From the NCBI RefSeq assembly GCF_037042905.1, contig NC_087251.1, positions 18,168,001 to 18,232,000 of the forward strand: DNA of 64,000 nucleotides, in the 5' to 3' direction. Below, piece by piece: positions 39,037 through 52,246 of this stretch. Under the pieces are notes generated by a model. It worked only from the letters and a program-made list of their open reading frames with translations. It ran no database searches and was not told the DNA's origin. Position 1 is the first letter of the stretch, and each line of letters starts with the position of its first letter. Source of the stretch: Lytechinus pictus (lineage: Eukaryota). The position numbers were made by a program, and so were the translations under genes.

Positions 39037-42000
39037 GTGAGTAATGAATGACCTTGTCCTTGATTTGCCCCACCCCCATATTCTATTTCTATCCTGCCAT
39101 GAGAAAAACATTAAATTCTACCTTATGGAAACAAAACAATTCGGCCAGATCATCACCATATTCACTCTACAGCTTTCTTTTTGTAGTAGATTTTAAATTT
39201 GAGGTCTATGTAAGATACATAGTGGGTTCAAGATCTGGGTCCCCGTTTCATGATAAATATTAATCATTGGCCAATCAAATTGAAAGATTTCAGTAGCTTT
39301 GAATTGTTATTGCAAAATTGTTATAATATCAAGTTATTTTTTTTACGGGGCCCCGTAGGGGACTGGGTGTTGTGTTCAGGAAAATCAATATAATTTGATG
39401 ATCATATTTAAAGGATTAATAATCTGAGTAAAAAATGAAAAGCTGATTTGTCTGACATTTTATTCCAAACACAAAGATTATTCATGGATGGGCCATAAAT
39501 GACCCTTGGAATCAGTAGCTCAAATGATTCCCTGTATTGATCTGAGCTTACCAATATGGATGCTTTATATATGCAGATTATTCAGAATACAAGTATTATT
39601 TCCTGTATGGTCACAATTTCTATGCAGGCAGTAATGAATGAACGGCTTTGCATTTGTTTCTGTCAGAGTGCATGATTAATCTTTATACTTGTAGCATTAC
39701 ATGAAAATTGCATGATTATCAAAATATTTGTTGTGTGTACTAATTTATCAACAGATCTTGTGAATTATGTTGTGCTCTATGTACCTGTACAATAGCAGTG
39801 AGCTGTTAAATATTGAACTGGGAATAATAATATGCCAATTAACGTTGATTAGGACAATTGTCGAGGAATCCTGCGTGTACACGGTCGCTGCTACGTTTCT
39901 CTCGATCATTGCATTGTTAATTGACACTGAACTTTTGTAAGGATATTCAATCTCCCACAGCTGTTGGTTTTATAGCCTACACAGTTACTACATGACACAC
40001 AGGCATAACATCATAGTCTGTATATCATACTTGTAGGTCATATCTACATGTTTGTAATAAGTTATTTGGTACTCTGTAATATTAAGACTAAAGAGATACA
40101 ATCAATATCTAAAATTGATTGTAATTTATTGTTGATGAGTTGACATAAACTTACAATTACATTCAATTGTATTGATTTTATCTTTCACAAGAGTAACAAT
40201 ACAGGGCACCGGTGAAAACTAAAAGTCCACTTATGTTGATTCTTTTTTAATAGATCTTGTAGTTTCATTTCATATTTTGATAAGGTGGTTTTTATATATT
40301 GTTTTGAAAGCAATATTGATATAAAATGTTAAAGATGAATGCAGAATGCTGTGATTATTGGTAATGTTGTTGATTAGGCTTGTTGATAAGATTCATAATT
40401 GTTTGATATGTAGCCATTGCCTTACAATGGAATTCTGCACTCCATTCTGCCAAGTATTGATAACAACCTTACATCCAAAAGTTAAATGTATGTTTTGGAT
40501 TTTTACTGTGCTATTGTTTTCAGACCTACATGTAGGCCTATATTGAAATGCAAAAAGATTAAAGCTAAGTACTGCATACTATAGCATACTGCATAAGCCA
40601 TCAAGTATGTTTGTACAATTGTAATTTGTATCTCACCTTTCAGTGTCAGATTAAAAAAAAATTCTGTGTACTTTCAGTGCAATTATTACTGTGGGTGGTT
40701 TCAGATGTTACCACCTCCATGCAATCAGTCACTAGTGATGACAAGTAACACATCACTTACATGCTATCCCCACTTGCAGTTGATTGCAACAGGTGATCAT
40801 TAATGTGCCATTCAGATGATATCACCAATTGTAACACGTTTTACACTTTTTATTTACAGCATTGTGATGTATGACACATTGTAAACAGTTCCACACGGTA
40901 TTACATGCATAGAAGCTCCATGAAGTTAATCAGTGGTGTTCTGTAACTAGTCATTTATAATTATATCCTGACTTTTTGTACAAACATGATTGCAAGTGGT
41001 GATCAATCACCACTCCTGATCATGATAAAGGAGTATGTACATGTATGTATTTAGATGTATAATCCATCTCCACTGGTGATTGATAGCGTTATCTGTTGCC
41101 ATTTTTATAACGTCTGCAGGGAATAATTTTGCTTTACAAATATGAATAGTATTTTTGGACTCATAAGAGTAAAAATATGCTATACAAAAGACTATGCATA
41201 GCAGTCTTTCAAAAATGTAGAGCAAATTGCGATGCGATACCGGGAAAATTATTCCCTGGTCTGTAAGGGAGGCTACTATGTTCCTGAGAAGAACATTATG
41301 CATCAACCATTTGTGAGAATGCTGAAGGGAGTCTGCGATGTGACTGCGTGTCAATACAGAAAGCTTCTAATCATGTTCTTGAATCTGATGAAAAACAATG
41401 TTCATTAAGTCTAAAATTTTTAGTAATTTTTCTTGTTCATGAGTAGAAGAAAAAGGAAAAGAAAGAGGACAGTCTACAACTTAAAGTAAGTTTTTATGGG
41501 AAACCACATGAGCTGAAAACAGGAAATGTATTGTAGACTTACTACTTTTATACTATCTAAGTTGATGGGAATAATTTCATCAATTGCAATGCAGAACCTG
41601 AGCAAGAAACTTGTAATAAGATTTCTCTGATTCAAAATGACAAAAAGATCAATCTAATTTATATGTTAGAAACGGAAACGATTTGGTCTGCCTTTTTTAA
41701 AGTATTTGCAGGGCAATCAAGTGATTTGTCTCTATTTGACATACTGTCAGATATGCATACAAAGTTAGCTGCAATGCAAATATTGTTCATCTTTCTATTG
41801 ATCATGCAGATCTGCATACCCAGAATGTGTGTGTATATCAGGCTTGGTTTTGCAATTTAATAGCCTTATTACACTGGCATTCCAGTTTCATTTACTCTCA
41901 CACCTAGTCATTATTCTGAAGTGGATGGAATAGAAAGTCTGGGACTCTTCAATAACATGTAGTCTGTATGTCCTATTGGAACTACAGTGCTGTCAATACT

Positions 42001-42502
42001 GTGGACATGTACAGTATAGGCCTATGTGTTGGTTGGCAAATGAAATTTGTTTACATGAGAATACAGGCTTCTGTCTTTTTTTTCTAAAATCTTTGAATAT
42101 ATTCCAGTTTGTTGATCTGTATTGCTAAATTATTATCAATGTCTATTTGAAAGATATTGTCAATAAATTTGATACACACAGTGTGGATTAGGATTTTGTT
42201 GATTTCTGTATAAATTTGCTAAATGAGAAAAACATAATTGACAATGTCAATTGTTACATGGAGGTGGATGGAGAGCAGATATGCCCCCTAATCAATAGGC
42301 TATGCAGGGCTTGATGAAGGGCTACTATAAACCTGCAATTGTTTGGAAATATCTGTGAATTCATAGCATATCACATAAACAGCTCGGTACAGATTAATCT
42401 ATTTATCAATTAGTTCAACATCATGGAAATCACTTAACCTTATTCTTTAATTATATTCATTTCACCCTTTCCTCCATTGTGTTTTGTTTTTATTTATTTC
42501 AG

Positions 42503-42592
42503 TCTCGCAGTGTAGACAAACAGCATTCAGTGATTGCCTATGACCAGGTTGACGGGTCGCATTCCATAAAGGACGTTGGAAGTCTCAACGGG
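42503..42592 (+). CDS. CEP170: CEP170-like exon 2, FHA domain (SRSVDKQHSVIAYDQVDGSHSIKDVGSLNG)
   Basis: SRSVDKQH...KDxGSLNG is the CEP170 FHA signature. tttcag acceptor, gtgagt donor, 90 nt. Confidence 0.93.
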
Positions 42593-43749
42593 GTGAGTTG
42601 TTCTTTCATTACTTTAGAATCATCAATATGTAGGCCCTATCTGACCTTTGACCTCATTGATGTATTGATTTCAAGATCAATAGTGTTGTTGAAGGATTTT
42701 TGGGGGTAAATGTGTGAAAAATTACAATTCATTGTAAATATTACTGTAACTTATTCAATTCTTATTCACTTTAACTTAAGACGCAAACACACACAGACAT
42801 GGTATGTTAAAAAATCTGTGAACACATCTTCATAGCATAAAATGTTTTGTGAAACCCTCTGTTAGTTGGAGCATACTTTTTTTTCCTTCACTTCCTATCT
42901 TAGACTGAAGAATTGACCATCAGGTTGACCGACCTCCCTGTCCACTTTGGCCAATAAGCGTAGGCCAGTCCTTAAATATGATTCTAAATGTTTTGTAAAA
43001 AAGAGCCATTTCCCATGATTATTCTTGATGAGTAAAACTACTGTGGATGTGGCAAAACACAAACCCTTGTTTTTCCTAGTCTGCAGACAAATTAATACTT
43101 CAATCACTCACATGTAGGTCTTGAAAGAAATCCAGCACAAGCTATCTCTGGTTCTCTATAAAATGCAGCATTGTTTCTTATTTAATTGAATTAGTTTTAT
43201 GCTATATACAAAAAGAATCATTCCTAAATTGGAAAATATGCAGGTATAAATAATCATAACTTAATGGTATGTGCCATGTTCACACAGACTGCAACAACAC
43301 CAACATTGCTTCGCTCTATAGTTACTTTAGTACACAATTCCTTCAGTCTCTCGTAGACTGAAATTTTAAATTCAGAAAACATGTTTTGATAAACCAAGAG
43401 CTTAAGCCTGCAACTTTTTTATAAATTAGATGTATGATATAGTATAGGACAGTTTAATAGATCACACAGGACTTTTTAATTAAAATACATTGTTTTTGTT
43501 ATTCCTAATATCTGGATATGAATCCAGACATTATCTGAGAGATTAAATAGCCATAAGAAAATGAATTCAGCTTTGACATATTTGTTGAAGAGTGCCTAAA
43601 AAGTCCATTTACTTTGGTCACAATATGATGCCTCATTGGAATATTAAAATTCTTTCATAGCTTAATTCATTTACCATGAAATGAACCTAGTTCTTGACTT
43701 GATGTAGTCCTCAATGCACGTATTTATGTTTGAGCAGTCGAAAATGTGA

Positions 43750-44380
43750 ACTTGTCTTGTCTTGGGTTAAGTCGGCATATGCAGACTTGCTGTACTCCGC
43801 CAACTTTATTGATGTGTGTGAAATCACCAAGTAAGCAGGTCACTTGCTAGGTTTTTGATTGAGTTTGGATTTGAAAGAGTCTAGTGAGTTTATCAATGTT
43901 GTGTCCATGTTTAACTCGTTCCAATCTTTGGTAGTTCGAGGGAAGAAGCTGTATCTATGAACATCCCTTTTGACTAGTAGATGCTGGAGCTTGATACTAT
44001 TTCCTCTAGTCTGCCGGGTGTTTTGCTGGATGAAGTTTTTGGGGTTGATGGCAACAAGACCTTTGATTATTTGGAACATTAGGCTCAGTCTACTGTATTT
44101 CCGTCTGTCTTCCAATGAGTCCCATTCTAAGGCCCGTAACATGGTTGTGATGCTACTGGTTTGTCTGTAGTTCCCCATACAGAAACGAGCTGCCTTTCTC
44201 TGAATGGCTTCTATTTTCTGGGTATCCTTCTTGTAATGGGGATCCCATGCAGGGGAGGCGTATTCCAGGATTGGTCTCACCAACGTTTGGTAGGAAAGTT
44301 GTTTTATTTCCTTGGGAGCAGACCAAAAGTTCCTTCTCAGGAAACCGAGTACTCTGGAAGCTTTGGAGCAGACTTTGTTG
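43750..44380 (-). mobile_element. 5'-truncated CR1/L2-group LINE fragment
   Basis: LGFLRRN..LVRPILEYASPAWDP..IQRKAARF..SFFPRTTKDWNEL, tail (CAAGA)n. Confidence 0.9.
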
Positions 44381-45734
44381 ATCGTCGTTCTTCAAATACC
44401 AGCCTCAATCACAAGCCAGGACAATAAAACAGTCATTTGTTCAACATTCATTGTTGAACTAGATTTGAACAAGTTCATCCCGAAGTTGTGATTATTTATT
44501 TCTATATTTCTGTAAAGTAATGACATTTGATAGTCTATCAGACCAAAATAGGTGTACATTTTATCTTCCTTATTGGGGAAAAACGTACAAAATGGGTGCA
44601 AATAAAATACCAGAGCTGCTCTTTCTGAGGAAAGGGTTTGCCTGTATAGACACTGCATAAGCAATTACACCATGGTATAAAATGTTCTATTAGCACTGGC
44701 TAATGACCAGAAGGAAGATGGTAATTAATATTGGATTATTAATGAGAACTTGACCTTGGCCGTTTGCATGGCAAATAAGTGGCTCTAAGTCCAAGAACAT
44801 GTTAGAGATAGCCAACCTCAGCAGGACACAAGACATCATGTCTGGAAATATTAATCACTCAATTACTAGATCATTGATCGTCAGCAGTGTAGGCCTATGC
44901 GCTTAGGTGCACTTAATATATTTTTATAACGAAAGAAAATATATCATGGATTTCACTTTGTGATGTACGCTATTAAAACCCCTACTGTTGGTCTAACTTG
45001 TATAATTAAGGTGTGGACAAGGGTGTAAAACAATCTCTGATTTTGTTCTATCATTCCAAGAAATGTAGGTGATTTATGAACTAAAATCAAATCATGTGAA
45101 GAAAGTATAAATTTGATATTAAGTTTGGAATAATTATAGGGTAGGTTTGAACAACTGTACATTTGATGTAGCCTAGGCCAACAAATATAATGTCTACATA
45201 TAAATCTAAATCATAAAAAATATGTTCACAAGAAATATTTTTCATTCCAAAGAATGATGTATGAAGGCATAAGGTGTGTAATATTTTGATATGTTGAGAG
45301 TTCTTCCTATGAGTTCCTGCAAGCAGGAAATCTCAAGTAGCAGCATGTACTTCCCCTGCTACGGAACCAACCCTGTGCCCTATGAAAACGTCTACATAGA
45401 CTCTAACCTCTCAAGATATGGTGTCAATACAAGAAGTTCAATTTTTTATTTAAGGTGTGCTGCACATTATCTATGTGTGTTTTCCATGCAGTGATGCAGT
45501 CATGTGAATAGTGAGCAGAATGGTCTGAAACTTCACACCATCTCCTTTATTTTGACACCTTTTGAATTTCAATGATTTATCAGAAATGGAAATAATAATC
45601 GAAGGCTTTATACTCAACAGCAGATGTATTTGTGATTTTTTTTGTACATGTTGTGATGTACCTTACTTATTTATTCACATTGAGCTTGAATCCCTGCTAT
45701 TATTATTTCCTTTTTCTTCTTTTTCTTTTTCTTT

Positions 45735-46050
45735 ATTATGCTCCCGCAGACGAAGTCCGGAGGGGGCATTAAGCATTGCCCCTGTCCGTCCTTCCCTCCA
45801 TCCACCCCCCCCACTTGATTTCCGCGCAATAACTCGAAAAATATTCAATGGATTAAAAAAAATTATGGTGTGTAGGTAGATGACCCCAAAATACAGGCTA
45901 AGTTTGAATTCGGAGTCCGCAGGTCAAAGGTCACAGCTCATTAAATATGCAAGTTGGTTTCCGCATGATAACTTATAAAATATTCAACAGATTAAAAAAT
46001 TTTGGGTATTTAGGTAGATGACAACGAAATACAGGCTAAGTTTGAATTAT
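45735..46050 (+). mobile_element. Helentron/HINE-like repeat, 5' fragment
   Basis: T-rich target, atgctccc..ggggcat hairpin, tgtccgtcc microsatellite seed, internal ~125-bp direct repeat. Confidence 0.45.
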
Positions 46051-48394
46051 TAATAGTAGTATTAGTATCATTATAATAAAATATCAGTAGTGATTTGTAC
46101 AGTATATCTGAAAACCAAACATTTAAACCCCATTGTTTATTGTGCTTTCTGAAATTCTTCATATTTGTAACAAAAAGTTATTATTTGCACACAGGAAAAT
46201 AAGAACTCATGTCCATCTCTCAATGAAATATCAATCCAGAGACAAATATGAAAATAATGAAATGAAAAGTAGATTATCTTGGACCACACACCAGCTTTTC
46301 ATTCAGTACTTGGAGGAAATCCCAGTTATCAGTAGGTGATTCCCCCCTCAACGGAACAGGAAGACTTCCTAATACACATCAATCATGACAGTAGGAAAAT
46401 ATAAATCTGGAATTTTGTCAGGAGCCCTATACATGCCATGCAGTTTAACATAAAATGACATTTGGAAGTTCCTATCCCATTTGTAGTGTACTCTTTTATG
46501 CTCCTCTTGTGGTGATATAATAAAGTGAAGAATTATTTATTCCCTAATGTTTTTTTTCTTTCATATCCCATAATGGTGTGATTACTCAGTATTGCCAATT
46601 CTATTTTATAGGCACACCTCACTGCCCCACATTTCGCCCCCTCTGAAAAGGCTTCGATGAAACTTCAGATCCAATTTGCCACTTCTTTCAAAAACGTGGT
46701 TGGCAAATGTGAAATGTGACGATATTGTGCCTGACAGAATATCATTCAATGGCATTCGTCCTCCCAATGCTCTCACGCATGACTAGAAAATGATCCAGTC
46801 ATCAATAAGGTTTATAGAACTAAGTGTTTCATATTTATGTTTCATAAGTGTGACAAAGGGAGATACGGTTGAGAAGCTGCCATGTATGGTGGGGTTAAAA
46901 AGTGAGTTAGGGTGTATTTGTATCTAGCAGTGTATCATTTTAATTCCAACCCGTCTACCTGACTGGATCACACCCGTTTTACAGGGAAGATGGCAGTGGT
47001 ATGGCTAGTTAGAAGGTATGTACTTGTACAATAATTGTATAGTTTTGTTTATGTTATGAGTGCTTGAAGTATCTGAAACAATCTTCGAATCAGAAATTAC
47101 ATTGCATAAGTACTGGTGACAGAAAAATATTGTTATTTTAGCAATAAGCTTTGAAATTACAATTTATCTCAGAACTGTCTGCATTCTGGATATTAAAGTT
47201 ACATTATAAATAATCAAACATGTGCACTTTTTTTTTAACTTTTCAATTCATACACTATTTCTTTATTTGTATGCAATCTGCAAGAATTGATATTGGACAT
47301 AGTATATATGTATGTGCTCAGAACGGTTTCTGACATAGATTGTTTGAGTGAGTCAGTTCAAATTTTAGCAAATCAATAAAAAATTTTGTTAGTAAGGACC
47401 AGATCAGCCGTAAGTTGCAAATTTGAAATTAATTTCAAGACCTGTGATTAATTTGCATGTTTCTTGCAACACCATATTTGAAAGGGATATGCATTGTACA
47501 TGGAGGCATACAGGGTGAATAAAGAAATTTGTAATCCTCTGACTGAAAACCCAGAGTTTCACTCATAGAGCTTTCTTGTTACAATTTGATTTTCCTGTCC
47601 TGCACTTTTTATTATAGTAAACCAAATATTACTTTCTTCAACATTAGGACCCTATAGGGTCTACGTATTTTTTTTTTCTTCTACCATTTATGTGCCCCAT
47701 GGTCCTGTATTATAGTTGTATCCTATAAGAAATCTAAATATTTTGAATACCATAGGTATTTAGCTTGTGTCAAAGCCATGTACAGGTAGTCCACTCATCT
47801 GTGACCTGAAGTGACCTTGCTTCCTATTGTCTGTTGAACAGTTGCCTGGACCACACCTTGGTGTGTAATACATGGAGAGTTGTAGGGAAAAGACCTCTCT
47901 CTATCTGTCATTTCGACTGTTGACAATGCATTGACTCATACATTATTAATTCATAAACAGTATGTATTGGTACAGTAATGTCAATTTTTTATTTGTCATT
48001 TGATAGTAATGTGGGGACCTCCATACATGATTACATGATCAAATGATTTTAGGAAAACTGATAAACAAGACATTGATGTTATACAGTATCAGCTATACAT
48101 TATAAGCACCAAGGATATTAACCTATATGCAATGCCATTGGGATTAGGACTGTCGACTTGTATGCATTGTAATTCTAGATTTATTTATAGTCATCCAACT
48201 GAAACAGATAAATTTTAATAAATTGATAGAAAAATCCTTCCATTAGACAATGCTTCTTGGAAATGTTCCCACAATTCTAACACTAACAGAACTATTGTGT
48301 TCAGTTTAATTTGCAAAGAATTTCCTTTTTTTTGGCAACACTTAATCTTTCTATTCACATAAAGCTGAGTGATCGATCAGATACTCGATTTTAA

Positions 48395-48980
48395 AGGTCA
48401 AGTCTACACCAATGAAAAGTTAATTTGAATAAAAAAATAAAAATCAAACAAGAATAATGCTGAAAAATTCATCGAAATCGGATGTAAAAGAAGAAAGTTA
48501 TGGCATTTCAAAGTTTCGCTAAGTTTCACAAAACGGTTATATGCACGTACTGGTCAGTATGCTAATGAGGAGAGTCAGGAGAATGATGACGTCATCCACT
48601 CACTATTTATTTTGTATTTTATTGTATGAAATATGAAATATTCTAAATTTTCTCATTGTCAAGTGAAACAAAGATTAAGCGTTATTTTAATACTATATGG
48701 TTCAGTCAAGTCGGCCATAATTGTCAAATCTGTAAAAAATAAATATTGTATTTAAACAATAAAAAAAAAGAAATAGTGAGTGAGGGACATCACCAACTGT
48801 CTCATTTGCATGTCACTGAGTTGTGCATATTTATGATTAGTGAAAAATAAGCAAAACTTGAAAATGTCATAACTTTCTAATTTTGCATCCGATTTTGATG
48901 AAATTTTCAGCATTATGCTAGTTTGGTTTTGATTTTTCTCTATTTATTCAAATCAATTTTTTTTGTGGTGGACTTGACCT
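48395..48980. mobile_element. Kolobok/piggyBac-like MITE, full length, TTAA TSD
   Basis: TTAA|AGGTCAAGTC...GACTTGACCT|TTAA with long imperfect inverted arms. Same family as 6345-6932. Confidence 0.88.
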
Positions 48981-49307
48981 TTAAATATTTAAGCTCTGTG
49001 TTATGGAGGCTCCACCAAGTATCCCCGTCCTGCTGCTCTCCTTGCACCCCCCCCCCAATCCCTTCAACATGGGTTGGGGTTGTGTCCACTACTTTCCTAT
49101 CTTATCCTCCTTTTGCATTCTTCTCTCTTCTCTCTCCCTTATTTTTGTTTCCTGTCCCCTTCTATGTATCTCCTCTTCTCTTCTTTCTTCTGCAGTCCTC
49201 TGTCATTCTCTATATGTCCCATATGCAATGTGTATTCCTCTCATTTTTGTTCTTTGTTTATTACTGTCACATATATTTCTTCTGTCTCCCTTCTCTCGTC
49301 ATTGCAG

Positions 49308-49386
49308 ACGTTCGTGAATGATTCGAGGATTCCAGAGGAGACCTACATCCAGTTGAAGAAAGGCGACTCCATCCGGTTTGGATATG
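49308..49386 (+). CDS. CEP170: CEP170-like exon 3, FHA domain (TFVNDSRIPEETYIQLKKGDSIRFGY)
   Basis: Strong match to the CEP170 motif TFVNDxRIPExTYIxLK...RFGYD. Acceptor attgcag, ends at the U12 donor ATATCCTTT, 79 nt. Confidence 0.93.
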
Positions 49387-52166
49387 ATATCCTTTTTGTT
49401 TGTATTAATCACATTCATTACACTGCTGAGTGATGGATAAACCTGTGCCAAGGTGGCTGTATTCTAGACATTACTGCGACATCATTCTTGGTAAATGGTA
49501 CAAGCATGGAGATATGTCTTTGAATTATGAAATCAGATATTTATTTGCTTCAAATCCGATACAGAATATCTCTAAAACAAACAAATTTTATTTATATAAC
49601 ATAGTGGAAATGGTATGTAACAAACAATATCTTTAGATGCCAAAATCAGATCTAGAACTTTAATAATTGTAAACCACCATGAAAACTTTAATTTTGATTG
49701 GCTGCTGAGTGCTGAGCTCTGTTACCATGACTTTAACTATTTTTTGTTCTATTAATGTAATATTTGTACGATCAAAAACACTGAAGCTGACAATTAACAT
49801 GGGTTCTGCCTTTTATTTGAATCAAATATACATATTTTGGATAAAATAATAAACATATGAGATTGCTGTCAATTAAATTATGCTAACATAAATCAATGCA
49901 ATTTGTTTTGGAGCAGTAGGAATCTTGAGTAAGAAAACAACAGTAATTCAGTCAGCCAAATTGATATTGATAGTACAGAGACAATTTGTCTTCATTCATA
50001 AGCAGGAAAGAATTACTAGTATGTGTATGTGCACAGGAGAACTACATACATGCACGTCTAGTAAATGTATATTAATAATGTGTACATTATTTATGTGTAC
50101 TTGATCTATCCCATAGTTGCATGTACATGTATGAATTGATGAAAGGAAGACCCAATTACAGAGGACTGATATGAATCAGAAATTTCTCCCAATCAGATAA
50201 ATTCATTACTTAAATCCCAAATTTGGATCAAGATCATGTTTTCATTCCAAACCACATCCTGGTTATTCAGATCAACGCCATGTTAAATTGTTTACTGTTT
50301 TGAAAACTAAAGTAATATATTAATCAAACAGATTTATACTGCATAGTCAGACTGCAGAAACGAAAAGTTATACAACAATGTTTTCTAAACTATCCATGCT
50401 ATCATTTTGCAATATGGTATGAAAAATGTAAACGCAGGTATTGTTATACATCTGAAGAGATGATCTTTAGAGTGCATAAAGTTGTACATACAAGATAAAC
50501 TGGTGCATACTGCATACAAATCTTTAGCATACTCTGCACTTCGCTGTAATATTGCATTCTATGTTCTAATTTAACAGAGTACACACCAGTGATGTGAATG
50601 ATTGCAATAAGATCTATGAGAAATCCCCTGTGGTCAATATAATGAACTACTAGCTAGCCAATACAGATCATTTGATTTCTTTTTTTTTCTCATTGTCATT
50701 TTTCCGGCACTCTTCCAATATCCCAGCATCCACCAGACTAGCGGGATGTCTGAGGGCTTTTAATTCTCTCATCATCTTGTTGACTGGCGTCTGAGAGATC
50801 GGCTTTCCCATTTGGGGCATTCACACCTGTGTTATTTTTAACAAAAATAACTTTTTTTCGTAAGAGAATTCATAATTTGCCAGTGCGGAAGCAAATTACT
50901 TGTATTATCTGCATAAGAAAATTCATGCAGATTGCACTTTTTTTCTCAAAATTATGATGATTTATACCAGGATATTTCTGATGCTGGAGGGATAAATGCA
51001 GTGTGAAAGCAAATTATGAGAAAATCTTATCTCATTGGAGGTAGGGAGATGGACCAAGAATATTATGGAAATGAGAATATATTATATTTCATTGTTTGCT
51101 TATCATCACTATAGTTTAAGCAGGTGTGAAAGCATGAAATGATTATCAACTTGAACAAGTGCATGAAATCAAGGATACTTTCCCTGACCAGGCGGGTGTG
51201 AATACATCTTATTGTCACGCCATAGATGAGTGAGGAGACAAGTTCTCCTGATTGAATTGAGGACCACTGAGGTTGGGCATTCTGGTTCATACGATGAAGA
51301 TGGGGGAATGGGAGGGGGGTGGGGTATGACTTGGATGAGGGTATGCATGAGAAGCTACCTTCTTAGAGGGGGGGGGGGGGATGGATGATTGGATATGAAG
51401 GAAAAATGAATTTGAATGAAAATGATGTAAGACGGAGTAACATGCATGCCCAACTGAAGGGCTGTACTGAGGGAGGAACTTTCTTCTGTGTATAGTTAGG
51501 GTTTTTTTCTGGGGGGGGGGGTGTTTGCAGGAAGGAAAGTGGTGTAGAAAAATGTATGCTCCTTTGGTAACCTTTCCAGGATTTTGAGTGATTGTATATA
51601 TGTGGGGATATCGTAAAATTTGTATTTATAAATCTGTTTAAAAAAATAACAGCAGCATCGTTATCTTGGCAACATGGACAAGGTTACCTTTAACCATGTA
51701 CATGTAGGTAGTCCTGTAAATGGCTGTTGTTTAAAAGGAAATTGTACAGACGGTTCACAGAAAGATGAGGCAAGACTAGATAAATTAGAAGGGAGGTTAG
51801 AAGTCAAGTGGGTAGACTTCAAATCCTCTCTAATTTTGTAATAGATGTCTGTTGTGTGTATCCTATTGTTCTTTTAAGAGCAACTACATGTACTTCACTG
51901 CATTAGACCTAATTGCCTTTTTCTCTTGTTTGATGTACTTTGATTCTCTTGTATTCTTACCTCATGATTTTCTTTTACGTTGTTCAATTGATAAAGTTAT
52001 TCCAATTGTAATTGAATAGATGACAAAAGATATGATCACCTTTCTGACTCTTATTTAAATCATCTTCCAGTTCTACCTTGCTATTCTCTTATATTATGTG
52101 GTTGTTTGATTTAAATTATTACTTTGATTGTTGTTGTGATTATTCCTTGACTCACTAGTATCTCAC
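49387..52166 (+). other. AT-AC U12-type (minor spliceosome) intron, 2780 nt
   Basis: 5' ATATCCTTT, branch site TTCCTTGAC at 52143-52151, terminal AC at 52165-66. Splicing gives in-frame FGY-D-PITYRF. Confidence 0.9.
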
Positions 52167-52246
52167 ATCCCATAACCTATAGGTTTGACAGTCTACAGCT
52201 AGATAATATATCAGTGGTCAAGGACCAAGAAGGCTTTATCAAGCAG
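52167..52246 (+). CDS. CEP170: CEP170-like exon 4 (DPITYRFDSLQLDNISVVKDQEGFIKQ)
   Basis: Follows the U12 acceptor, 80 nt, phase 1-0, donor CAG|gtatgc. Completes the last FHA strand. Confidence 0.85.

Noticed and set aside
48923..49307. Hydrophobic ORFs upstream of CEP170 exon 3
   Set aside because: A MITE end plus a long polypyrimidine tract. Homology to CEP170 begins only at the acceptor at 49308.
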